NCBI GenBank assembly: GCA_964527775.1
Contig: CAZGQS010000005.1
Location: forward strand, 2,745-66,744
From: an uncultured Rhizobium sp.
GTDB lineage: Bacteria > Bacteroidota > Bacteroidia > NS11-12g > UBA955
Length of the DNA stretch: 64,000 nt
Direction of reading: 5' to 3'
Made by a program: the position numbers and the translations under genes. Below are positions 1 through 8,824 of this stretch, piece by piece. Numbering within the stretch: position 1 is the stretch's first letter; each line of letters begins with the position of its first letter. The notes under the pieces were generated by a model. The model saw nothing but the letters and a program-made list of their open reading frames with translations, ran no database searches and was not told the DNA's origin.

Positions 1-860
1 ACTACAAAAAAGGGTTAACCTTGGGCGTTTTATTGGATTTTGCCGGGGGACTAAAATACAGTGCAGATGCGGCCGAAGTAGAAATATTGAGGAGTTCGAT
101 TCACAAAAGTGACTTTAAATTGGGAGATAGAAATAAGACCGAATCCCTGAAAATAGCCTTGAACGCTAGTGGATTTGAGAATATTCCTTTGATGGCTGAA
201 GACATTGTCATTGTAAGAAGGGTGTCGAATTTAAACGACCGAATAGGTGTACAAATCGAGGGTGAAGTAACGCATCCTGGGGTATTTGTGATGGCCAAGA
301 ACGAGAATCGGGTGCGTGATTTAATTGAAAAGGGCGGAGGATTGACGGAGTTTGCCTACCCGGAAGCGGCGCAGATTTATCGTAAAAACGGACAGCAGTT
401 GGTGTTCAATTTGAAAGATGTATTGAAGTCCAAAAACAGCGAATACAACTATCGTTTGGAAGAGGGAGATAGACTTTTTGTGCCCTTGAAGCAAGATCTG
501 GTTTTACTGCCCAACACAGATACTTTATTGAGTCAAGACAAGATTTTGGCACCCCATATTTCGGGTAAGCGTGCCAGTTTTTATATGAAGAATTATTCTT
601 TGGGATTCAACAAGGAATTCAAGAAAAAGCGCTTGTACGTGGTTGAGCCGGGTGGGAAAATTGACCGGTCTAAGAATTTTGGATTGTTTGTCGTTACCCC
701 AAAGGTTGCCGCAGGATCAGAAATTCATTTTCAGCCAGCACCTATGAAAGCACCTAAGAAAGAGGTTGATAGCAAAACAGATTGGAATCGAGTGATTGAA
801 AACTTCACGGTAAAACTGACTGGATTCGCCACTTTGTGGGTATTGTTAAGTAGAATTTAA
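1..860 (+). CDS. Polysaccharide export protein, Wza/BexD-like C-terminal part (5' end lies outside the window)
   Basis: The reading frame is open from the window edge, and the track ORF 21..860 has no upstream stop. It has repeated beta-grasp-like segments ending in GDxxxV/P patterns (EDIVIVRR, EGDRLFVP) typical of SLBB domains. It sits directly upstream of a Wzz-like gene. Confidence 0.55.
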   Translation, partial: YKKGLTLGVLLDFAGGLKYSADAAEVEILRSSIHKSDFKLGDRNKTESLKIALNASGFENIPLMAEDIVIVRRVSNLNDRIGVQIEGEVTHPGVFVMAKNENRVRDLIEKGGGLTEFAYPEAAQIYRKNGQQLVFNLKDVLKSKNSEYNYRLEEGDRLFVPLKQDLVLLPNTDTLLSQDKILAPHISGKRASFYMKNYSLGFNKEFKKKRLYVVEPGGKIDRSKNFGLFVVTPKVAAGSEIHFQPAPMKAPKKEVDSKTDWNRVIENFTVKLTGFATLWVLLSRI

Positions 861-864
861 AGAA

Positions 865-1914
865 ATGTCACAAGAACTGAGACCACAAATGAGGTTCCGC
901 GACGATGAGATATCGTTGAGGGAAATTCTGTTTAAACTTTATAAATGGGTTAAAGTATTAAGATCTAATTGGTTGAAATTGTTGATTTCAGGGTTAGTTG
1001 GAGGTGTTTTGGGATTTATTTATCAAGCGAATAAAAAAATAATCTACAAAGCGGATTTGGTTTTTGTGACAGTTGAACCAGATAAAGGAAGCTTAGGTAA
1101 ATTAAGTTCTTTAGGATCGCAATTTGGTTTTGATTTTGGAGGTGGAAATTCAGGAGCTTTTGGAGGTGATAACCTGTTGGAGCTTATGAAAAGTAGACAA
1201 TTAGTGGAGCAGACATTGTTTGATAGTTTAATTTATAATGGTGTCAGTTACCGGCTACTTGAATTTTATCTCCGTCGTGATTCAATGGATACATCCAAAA
1301 CGCCTAAAGTAGATTTGAATAATATTGTTCGACGTGAAGATTGCGGATTTCGTCAAGATTCATTGCTCAAGGTGGTATACAAAAGGATTTGCGAGAAGAA
1401 TTTAAATATTGTCTCGCAGGATAAGGATTTGGCGTTCAAAAGAGTAACCTTTACGGATCTAGATCCAGTTTTTGCAAAAAATTTCGTAGAGCGACTGACA
1501 GATAATGTGACAAACTATTATTTGGAGACTAAAACTAGGCAGTCTAGAGCCAATATTAGAATGTTAGAACTTAAGGCCGATAGTGTAGGAAGAGTTTTGC
1601 AAAGCAAAATGTTGTCAGCAGCGTTACAACGTGATCAAAATCAGTTTTTAACAAATTCCACCGGTGCTGTATCCATGGTTAAACAACAAATAGAAGTTCA
1701 ATTATTGACCACAATGTACGGTGAAGTTGTAAAGAACTTAGAATTATCAAAAACAATGGCTGCCATGAGTGAGCCGTTAATTCAAATTATTGATAGGCCA
1801 AGATTTCCATTGGAAGATGATAGTGATAGAAAATTATTGTATTTGTTTTTTGGATGTTTATTTGGGTGGTTTTTTATGGGCGTAATAATTATTATTAAAG
1901 AGATAATTAAATAG
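865..1914 (+). CDS. Polysaccharide co-polymerase / chain-length determinant (Wzz-like)
   Basis: One N-terminal TM segment (LLISGLVGGVLGFIY) and one C-terminal TM segment (LLYLFFGCLFGWFFMGVIIII) flank a long, probably helical, periplasmic region. It lies 4 nt after the exporter gene. Confidence 0.6.
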   Translation: MSQELRPQMRFRDDEISLREILFKLYKWVKVLRSNWLKLLISGLVGGVLGFIYQANKKIIYKADLVFVTVEPDKGSLGKLSSLGSQFGFDFGGGNSGAFGGDNLLELMKSRQLVEQTLFDSLIYNGVSYRLLEFYLRRDSMDTSKTPKVDLNNIVRREDCGFRQDSLLKVVYKRICEKNLNIVSQDKDLAFKRVTFTDLDPVFAKNFVERLTDNVTNYYLETKTRQSRANIRMLELKADSVGRVLQSKMLSAALQRDQNQFLTNSTGAVSMVKQQIEVQLLTTMYGEVVKNLELSKTMAAMSEPLIQIIDRPRFPLEDDSDRKLLYLFFGCLFGWFFMGVIIIIKEIIK

Positions 1915-2049
1915 AATTGTTGTTAACTTTAGTTGTACTAATTCTAATTTTTTGATTAAGATAAATACTTGTAAAAACTGAATAACAAGATAGCTGTATT
2001 ATTTATTTTAATTTTTGGGATACCTCTTTTTATAAGTGGCTTCAACTTT

Positions 2050-3039
2050 TTGTATTTTCTATATTTTGTAACTGTGCCAATAATTTTATTCAAAAAAAAA
2101 TCAATTAAAGATAATTATAATATTAATTTGAATATTATTAAATTCTCAAGTAGGTATCTTTTTGTTTTCTTTTCTATCGCTTTAGTTTTGTTTTTAATGG
2201 GGGATCTTAAGATATTAAATCGTGCAACAAATAGAGAAGGTGTTTTAAATTATAATACGAGTTTTTTTGATTTTATAGGTTCATTTTTATCTTATTTTAT
2301 TATTTTTTTTAATTCTTTTAATTTTTCTAAGTACTTATTTAGTCAAAATCGTTTTAATTTGTTGGCTGCAGCGATAGGCTCTAGTTTGTTATTTTTTCTA
2401 ACAGGTACACGATGGCTGTTTATATTGAGCCTTTCGCCCATAATTATCTATGTATTAATGATAACAAAAATTAGAAATGTGATAATTTTTGTTCCGATTC
2501 TATTTGTTTTTTCACTATTTATTGCCATTATACGTTCCGGAAGTGCCGAATTAACATTATTTTCTGCGTTTTATTGGGATGTTCCTTCATTTCAGAGTTA
2601 TTACATAGTTGAAAAATATCCTAGTGAAATCATTAAGGGATTTCAGTCTTTTGTCAACGGGAATATATTAATACTCATCCCTAGGTTCCTATGGCATCAT
2701 AAACCAGAAGATTTTGCGATTGTTGATTATATGCGTAAAGAGTTGGGAACTAGGTATGATGAAGGTGCAACTGTTCTACCAGGGCTGATTGGTTCTTTTC
2801 ATTTGTATGGAGGAATTCTATTTACACTACTGATTTTACTTCCTATTAGAATGTTGTTAAGTTGGTTAAATAAGGCCTTAATGGAAACGGGGTCATATAG
2901 ATTGTTCTCTTTTGCGAGTGTTATAGTAATTGGGATCATTCTGCAATTTCGAGGAATTAGTATTGCATATTTTCTTCCAGGTTTATTACAAATCATTTGG
3001 ATTTTAATTCTTAATAATGAAGAAAATAGGGTTTTTTAA
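2050..3039 (+). CDS. Polytopic membrane protein, probable O-antigen/oligosaccharide repeat-unit polymerase (Wzy-like)
   Basis: It has about 9-10 hydrophobic segments, is extremely AT-rich, and sits within a polysaccharide locus. The start is uncertain: TTG at 2050, but the frame is open back to 1975. Confidence 0.45.
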   Translation: MYFLYFVTVPIILFKKKSIKDNYNINLNIIKFSSRYLFVFFSIALVLFLMGDLKILNRATNREGVLNYNTSFFDFIGSFLSYFIIFFNSFNFSKYLFSQNRFNLLAAAIGSSLLFFLTGTRWLFILSLSPIIIYVLMITKIRNVIIFVPILFVFSLFIAIIRSGSAELTLFSAFYWDVPSFQSYYIVEKYPSEIIKGFQSFVNGNILILIPRFLWHHKPEDFAIVDYMRKELGTRYDEGATVLPGLIGSFHLYGGILFTLLILLPIRMLLSWLNKALMETGSYRLFSFASVIVIGIILQFRGISIAYFLPGLLQIIWILILNNEENRVF

Positions 3040-4075
3040 AATTCCAACGGAGATTATAACATCATTTGATGTGGATTATACATTAGTTTATCCTGCAAAT
3101 CTCTATCAATATTTTCGTAGTTTCCGTCATTTTTCGAAGCTTAGAATTAACAACGTTTTTAATTTTGAATATTTACTTAAAAAAGCTGAAGAACAATATG
3201 TTTCATTTAGAAAGTTCTTTTTTATTGCCCATAAATGGAATCGAACTAAGGAATTAAATCAATTAAATCGTTGTTACAATTGGGGTTTGGAGATGCGAGA
3301 ATCTGGCATTTTGGTGATTGCATGGAATAAAAATGATCCTCAGACAATGGCCATGGCTGAAAGTGGCGCAGAGATTGTTTACTTGGAGAATGGTTTTTTT
3401 AGAGGCACACATTTATTCTGTTCAAAGCCGGAATTATTCCCCGTGATCAAGATTAATTCTAAGTATAGTTTTTTATTTCAAACTACTTTGAACTTTTTTG
3501 ATTGTGTTTTTGATTTTTTTGAAGCAAATAGAACTTTATTTTATTACAGTCAAACTATATATAACAAAATCAATAAATTGAAGTATTTGGTAAGGAGTAT
3601 TGGTAAAAGAAGTAAAACAGGAAATATATCTCAATCATATCTTTTGTTTATTGGGCAATTAGACTTTGATGCAAATACAATCATCCAAGGTAATAATCAC
3701 AATTCCAAATCTGTAATAGAGTATTTAAGTAATGCAAAAAGTGATTTTTTTTACCGCCCTCATCCTAATACCTTTACAAGTAAAAGTGAAAAAAGATATA
3801 TTCGAAAATTTCAGGATATAACCTTGGAACAGGAGATACTAAACTCCGAAATCATTATTACCATTAATTCTAGTGCGGCAGTTTCAGCCTTATTAAAGAA
3901 TAAATTGACACTTTTTTTAGGCGAAGGTGATCTGCCTGCCATTTTTCCAGAGTATTCTGTAAGTATAGGCGAGATTTTAACTAATAATCTACCGCAAAAG
4001 TTATGCGCCGTGGAAGTTAGATGCCGGTTGGAGTTATTTCGTCAAAATTCCCATTTAATAATTCAAAAGTCTTAG
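3017..4075 (+). CDS. Capsule polysaccharide biosynthesis protein (KpsS/Capsule_synth-like), tentative
   Basis: The motifs VYLENGFFR and LFIGQLDFDANTI...FFYRPHPN resemble the E-x-G-F-x-R and LQVxxDSQI...HP signatures I recall for the KpsS/KpsC-type family. It overlaps the previous gene by 23 nt. Confidence 0.4.
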   Translation: MKKIGFFKIPTEIITSFDVDYTLVYPANLYQYFRSFRHFSKLRINNVFNFEYLLKKAEEQYVSFRKFFFIAHKWNRTKELNQLNRCYNWGLEMRESGILVIAWNKNDPQTMAMAESGAEIVYLENGFFRGTHLFCSKPELFPVIKINSKYSFLFQTTLNFFDCVFDFFEANRTLFYYSQTIYNKINKLKYLVRSIGKRSKTGNISQSYLLFIGQLDFDANTIIQGNNHNSKSVIEYLSNAKSDFFYRPHPNTFTSKSEKRYIRKFQDITLEQEILNSEIIITINSSAAVSALLKNKLTLFLGEGDLPAIFPEYSVSIGEILTNNLPQKLCAVEVRCRLELFRQNSHLIIQKS

Positions 4076-4076
4076 A

Positions 4077-5141
4077 ATGCTTAGATTTACATCGCAAGTC
4101 TTTAATTCAGGATTTAATTTGATTTTTGGATTGCTAATAATGTATCTTCCTTCTTTAGAGTATTTTTTTGTCTTTTTTTTAACAATCAGTTCTTTATCAA
4201 CTAGTTTGTTTTTAATGCATTGGGAACGGTCTAAGCAAAAATTCTTGGTGCCTTCGCTTAGAACAGGATTGTTGGCTTTGTCTTTTTTAGTGATATGTGT
4301 TTATTGGCTTGTGCCTGTGAATCTTGGGTTTAATGCCCAGTTAATTCTGAGTGCGGTACTAGTGTCGTTATTGTTGTCTTATTATACTTTGCTTAGCTCA
4401 TATTTTGCCTTATTGAATAACCGTCTGAATGTGTTCTTAAGTTTTTTTATCAGAATAATTATTGGTGTTGTTTTCGTATTGTTTCATTTAAATATGATTT
4501 CAATTATCTTTTATTGTGTAACATATTTTATTATAATATTATTTTCATTTTATTGGACAAGGGGATTTTATTTAGCCAATACTCAAGATGATATAGATTT
4601 GATTTATTTACATTCTGTTGAATATCCAAAAAATCAACTTTGGTTATATTTGTCGCCTAGGTTATTGGATTTTAATATTTTAGGGCAGGTTTATGTTTCC
4701 CGACAAGTTTTGAGTTTACTGGCTTTTTTGTTTGCTTTTAGAAGAACTATTTGGTTTGATGATTTATATAGAAGAGATGAAGTTTTTGAGATCAACAAAC
4801 TAAAGAAATTGCTTTTGCCTTATCTCGGGTCGTTTATTTTGGTATTTTTATTCTCCTCTGTATTTCTTAAAACTGAATTATTTATAATTACATTAAGTTG
4901 GTTTTTTCTGATAATAGTTCAAGATTTGAAGGGCTATACAAATAGGGTGATTAACTTTAATTGGTTTCAACGGTCCTGGATAGTTCTACTTATTTTGTCT
5001 TTATCAGTTATTACTGTTGTATCAGTAAATGTGGGCTTTTTTACAAAAACGTATCATGTTTTGCAGATGATGATCTTGATTGACTTGGTTCTGCTTTTTT
5101 TATCTGCATGGATATTTAAGAATGAAAAAGTTTATTTATAA
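4077..5141 (+). CDS. Polytopic inner-membrane protein (possible Wzx-like flippase or ligase-like protein)
   Basis: About 10 predicted TM segments and no recognisable catalytic motif. The only other evidence is its position inside the polysaccharide operon, 1 nt after the preceding stop. Confidence 0.45.
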   Translation: MLRFTSQVFNSGFNLIFGLLIMYLPSLEYFFVFFLTISSLSTSLFLMHWERSKQKFLVPSLRTGLLALSFLVICVYWLVPVNLGFNAQLILSAVLVSLLLSYYTLLSSYFALLNNRLNVFLSFFIRIIIGVVFVLFHLNMISIIFYCVTYFIIILFSFYWTRGFYLANTQDDIDLIYLHSVEYPKNQLWLYLSPRLLDFNILGQVYVSRQVLSLLAFLFAFRRTIWFDDLYRRDEVFEINKLKKLLLPYLGSFILVFLFSSVFLKTELFIITLSWFFLIIVQDLKGYTNRVINFNWFQRSWIVLLILSLSVITVVSVNVGFFTKTYHVLQMMILIDLVLLFLSAWIFKNEKVYL

Positions 5142-6219
5142 TTTTAACATTGGAATTCGATTTAATCCAAAAGCATCTAAAAAAATAGTTTTTTTATCAT
5201 ATTTAGGTCCTACTTCATTAATTTTAGATGATCTGAATTTAAAAAAACATCCAAATGTTGAGCAACTTCGTTGTTTTATAAAAATTCTTTCATCGCATTA
5301 TCGTTTTGTGATATTTGTCGATTATCGTAATTCTTTTTTAAAAATAAAATCTGATTTTTTGATTGGTTTTGGTTTAGCATATAGAAATAATTTTTATTAT
5401 TCAAAACACAGGTTCTATTTTGCCACGGGTTCTAGTTCTGAATTTGTTTCAAAAGAAATCTTACGGGCAAAATCTCATTTGGATTTTGTGAATCCAAGTG
5501 AAGTACTTTGGCGAAATTCTGATCCTGCTGATGTTTGGGACGAAATTAATTCTGAGAGAATCTTATTGATTGGAAATAATTTTACAAAAAGTACTTTTCA
5601 GTTATGTAAAAAGCAGAATATTAGTTTGTTGCCTGGTAATTTTCTAAATGGAGATCTAAAACATCCTGTATCTCCTCAATCTATAAAATTAGATACTCTT
5701 TTGTGGTTTGGGAGTAATGGTTTGCTTCATAAGGGGTTGGATATTGCTGCTAATGTGGCCAGTATTTTGAATTGCAAGCTGATTGTAGTTGGAGTTTCAC
5801 CCCGTGAAGTTCAGCTTGCAAATGATATTTGTAAAAATTACTCTTTAGAGTTTGAATTACATGGTTTCCTAAGTTTAAAATCTTCGACATGGTATGATGT
5901 TCTAAATAGAGCGACCTTTGCTTTGTTTCCCTCCATTTCTGAAGGTATGAGTACGGGTGTTTTAACGTCAATTTTTTTTGGTTTATATCCAATCGTTACA
6001 GATCGATGTGGATGTGATGTTGGACACTTAGTTGAATTTAAAGAACGGTCTAAATTAGTGAATCAGTTTGTGGATGAATTAGCGAGTCTTAGGATTATGG
6101 ATGAATTATTCATTCATCAAAAAATAATATTATGGCAGAATCAAATTCAAAAGAATAATAGTTTAAATGCATTTTTTGAAATTTTAAAAGAAGCTTTAGA
6201 AGGTGAAGATATTAATTGA
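5122..6219 (+). CDS. Glycosyltransferase, GT-B fold (GT4/GT1-like)
   Basis: The C-terminal motif LFPSISEGMSTGVLTSIFFGLYPIV matches the E-x7-E region of GT4 enzymes. I place the start at ATG 5122 (MKKFIYNF) rather than at the track start 5080. Confidence 0.7.
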   Translation: MKKFIYNFNIGIRFNPKASKKIVFLSYLGPTSLILDDLNLKKHPNVEQLRCFIKILSSHYRFVIFVDYRNSFLKIKSDFLIGFGLAYRNNFYYSKHRFYFATGSSSEFVSKEILRAKSHLDFVNPSEVLWRNSDPADVWDEINSERILLIGNNFTKSTFQLCKKQNISLLPGNFLNGDLKHPVSPQSIKLDTLLWFGSNGLLHKGLDIAANVASILNCKLIVVGVSPREVQLANDICKNYSLEFELHGFLSLKSSTWYDVLNRATFALFPSISEGMSTGVLTSIFFGLYPIVTDRCGCDVGHLVEFKERSKLVNQFVDELASLRIMDELFIHQKIILWQNQIQKNNSLNAFFEILKEALEGEDIN

Positions 6220-7234
6220 TTGTATTATTTTTGAATATCAGAAATTTGGTGGGATTTCTGAGTATTTTAGACAATATATTCTGTTTTTATCCTCTAAAAA
6301 AGAAATTCAACTCAGTTTGATTATTTATTCCGATTTAGACTTTGGTAATAACATTGTTTATATAAAACGCAATAGGAGATTTCTTGAGAAATATAGATTC
6401 TTGGCAGTAAATGGAAATTATGACTTAGTCATACCGAGTTATTACCGATTTTGGCAATCTGGTGATTCAAAGAAACTCTTAGTTGTGCATGACTTTATCT
6501 ACGAACAATTCCGTGGGTTATTGCCAAGGAGTATACATGGTTTTTTGAAGAGGAGTTCATTGAAGCATGCGGATTTTATCGTTTGCATAAGTAATTCAAC
6601 AAGAGATGATTTATTTCGCTTTTATCCAAACATCACTTTAGACCGAAAGAATAATGTATTTACTGTGTATAATGGAGTAAGTGAAATTTTCACTAGAGAT
6701 TGGTCTAATTTGGCGTTGAAATTAACAGGACCACTTGTCTTCATAGGTACTAGAATTGAATATAAGAACTTTAGAGACGCGGTTCGAATAGCAAACTTTT
6801 TTCAAGATCATGAATTTGTGATAGTTGGTGGCGGTTCTTTGTCAAAGACTGAAATTGCTTCAATTGTAAATCCTCATAGGGTGCAGTATTTTGAAAATAT
6901 TGAAACAATTAAGTTGAATGAAATTTTAAACCGAGCTTCTTTTTTATTGTACACTTCTTTGTATGAAGGATTCGGAATCCCCATTTTAGAAGCATATAGA
7001 ACAGGCACTTTGGTACTAGCCTACAAAACAAGTGGAGTTTCTGAGGTATTACTACCTGAACATTGCAGAGTTGGAGTGAATAATGTATTAGAATTAATAG
7101 ATTTAGCTAACGAGTACTTATTAAATAGTGATAGTTATATGCGTGATTCAAAAAAAGTTGAAGAATGGTCCAGGAATTTCAGCTGGAGTAAGTGCTTTGA
7201 GAGACAGTTTGAACATATAAATAATTTGAAGTAA
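6203..7234 (+). CDS. Glycosyltransferase family 4 (GT-B)
   Basis: The motif YTSLYEGFGIPILEAYRTGTLVLA is the classic GT4 nucleotide-sugar binding motif. It overlaps the upstream gene by 17 nt. Confidence 0.85.
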   Translation: MKILIDCIIFEYQKFGGISEYFRQYILFLSSKKEIQLSLIIYSDLDFGNNIVYIKRNRRFLEKYRFLAVNGNYDLVIPSYYRFWQSGDSKKLLVVHDFIYEQFRGLLPRSIHGFLKRSSLKHADFIVCISNSTRDDLFRFYPNITLDRKNNVFTVYNGVSEIFTRDWSNLALKLTGPLVFIGTRIEYKNFRDAVRIANFFQDHEFVIVGGGSLSKTEIASIVNPHRVQYFENIETIKLNEILNRASFLLYTSLYEGFGIPILEAYRTGTLVLAYKTSGVSEVLLPEHCRVGVNNVLELIDLANEYLLNSDSYMRDSKKVEEWSRNFSWSKCFERQFEHINNLK

Positions 7235-7237
7235 GCG

Positions 7238-7987
7238 TTGAATTTGAAATTCTCCATCATCACAGCCACCTATAATAGCCAAAGTTCAATCTTTCAATGT
7301 TTGATTTCAATACTGAATCAGACATATACAAACTTTGAAATAGTTTTGGTTGATGGGGTTTCTACCGATGACACGCTACAAATAATTCAGGAATTTCATG
7401 ATTCGAGAATCAAGGTGGTTTCTGAGCCTGATAATGGACTTTACGATGCCTTAAATAAAGGAATTACTAGGGCCACTGGTGATATCATCGGATTTCTGCA
7501 TTCCGATGACTTTTTTGCAAATCCAAACGTACTTGAAAATCTGATCGCAGCGTTTCATGATGAAAAAGTACATGGCGTTTACTCTAATCTTAAATACGTA
7601 TCCCAAGAAAATCCAGAGAAAGTTCTGCGCAATTGGAAGTCCAAAGAATTTCAATTCGCAAATTTAAAATACGGTTGGATGCCCCCACACCCTACGCTGT
7701 TTCTAAGAAAAGAGGTATATCAGCAAATAGGATCCTTCAGTACAAGGTTGAAAATCGCGGCCGATTACGACTTTATTCTCCGGTTGTTTACTTCAAGGAA
7801 GTTCAATATTCAATTCCGGAATATTTATATCACCCACATGCGAATGGGGGGTGTCAGCAATGGGTCTGTCCATTCAATTTTACGAAAATCAAGTGAAGAC
7901 TATCAAGTAATATCCCAATTTAAATTATGGGGTATTTTCACATTGATTTTTAAAAATCTGCGCAAGTTGCCGCAGGTTTTTCTGTGA
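7238..7987 (+). CDS. Glycosyltransferase family 2 (GT-A)
   Basis: N-terminal FSIITATYNSQ...LNQTYTNFEIVLVDGVSTDDT, followed by a DxD-like HSDD. Confidence 0.9.
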   Translation: MNLKFSIITATYNSQSSIFQCLISILNQTYTNFEIVLVDGVSTDDTLQIIQEFHDSRIKVVSEPDNGLYDALNKGITRATGDIIGFLHSDDFFANPNVLENLIAAFHDEKVHGVYSNLKYVSQENPEKVLRNWKSKEFQFANLKYGWMPPHPTLFLRKEVYQQIGSFSTRLKIAADYDFILRLFTSRKFNIQFRNIYITHMRMGGVSNGSVHSILRKSSEDYQVISQFKLWGIFTLIFKNLRKLPQVFL

Positions 7988-7992
7988 TCATC

Positions 7993-8328
7993 TCAATTCA
8001 CAGAAATATTAGCTTTAATTTTATTAGTTAATTCTAACATCGATGGTCTGCTTATTGTTGCAAATCGTTTTATGATTATATTTCTGCTGACAGTAAATAT
8101 TTCATTGATTCGAACTTCACTGTCATATTTTAGCTCTCGGTCAATTTCTGATGTTAATAAGCGAAATGAAAATTGGTCAGAGCGAATCACTGAGGTGACT
8201 TTTGCCACTATATACGAACTTTGATTTTCTGTGGTCCTTGAAATAATCACGGCAGGTCTCTGTTTTATCCGAGATAAATCAGTAAATGGGTAAGGAATTA
8301 ATACAATATCTCCTTGCTTGTAATACAT
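7993..8328 (-). CDS. Type II toxin, PemK/MazF family endoribonuclease
   Basis: The N-terminal sequence GDIVLIPYPFTDLSRIKQRPAVIIS is the hallmark PemK/MazF SH3-like motif. The protein is 111 aa long. Confidence 0.85.
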   Translation of the reverse strand: MYYKQGDIVLIPYPFTDLSRIKQRPAVIISRTTENQSSYIVAKVTSVIRSDQFSFRLLTSEIDRELKYDSEVRINEIFTVSRNIIIKRFATISRPSMLELTNKIKANISVN

Positions 8329-8331
8329 ATT

Positions 8332-8763
8332 TCAATAAGTATTCCAATGGTCATCTAAGTTGTTATTCCAATCTGCAGATAACACAGCTTCCGATAATTG
8401 GTAGTTTTTATTTAAGTCTTCCACTGCATTCAACTGGTTATTTAATTGGATGATGGAATTGATTAATTCAAGAGAAGCAGTTTTGAATGGTCTTGCACTT
8501 TCCGCAGTGATTTGTTCTATATTGCTTTTGAGGTATTGTATGATTGGAATTAAAACTCTTAATGATTGTGCTTGGATTTTTGCTTTTTCAGCGCTGAGGT
8601 ATTTAACTTTTGAAATGGAATCTTTAATTCTTGATGATGATGCATTTATTCGTGGAATTGAATTGTCATTGAAGCTATTCCATGCATTTTGAGAATGATT
8701 GCTGCTGGTGATTGTTCCGATGGATTCAATAATCTTTTGAATATCGCTGTTCAAAGAAATCAT
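8332..8763 (-). CDS. Putative cognate antitoxin of the MazF-like toxin (atypical, 143 aa)
   Basis: It ends 3 nt upstream of the toxin gene. The C-terminal tail LSEAVLSADWNNNLDDHWNTY resembles the acidic Trp-containing tails I recall on short Bacteroidota antitoxins. The N-terminal ~115 aa are helical and unassigned. Confidence 0.45.
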   Translation of the reverse strand: MISLNSDIQKIIESIGTITSSNHSQNAWNSFNDNSIPRINASSSRIKDSISKVKYLSAEKAKIQAQSLRVLIPIIQYLKSNIEQITAESARPFKTASLELINSIIQLNNQLNAVEDLNKNYQLSEAVLSADWNNNLDDHWNTY

Positions 8764-8824
8764 GTTGTAAAATTAACTATTATTCGTATTTATCGAGGAA
8801 CCACTCCTTCATTTTTACCTTCAA

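Noticed and set aside
5080-5121. Track start of the first glycosyltransferase at 5080
   Set aside because: It would overlap the preceding membrane-protein gene by 62 nt. ATG 5122 (MKKFIY) gives a 20-nt overlap, which is typical of the operon.
7633-7896. 87-aa plus-strand ORF within the GT2 gene in another frame
   Set aside because: It is fully nested in a gene with strong GT2 motifs and has no independent support.
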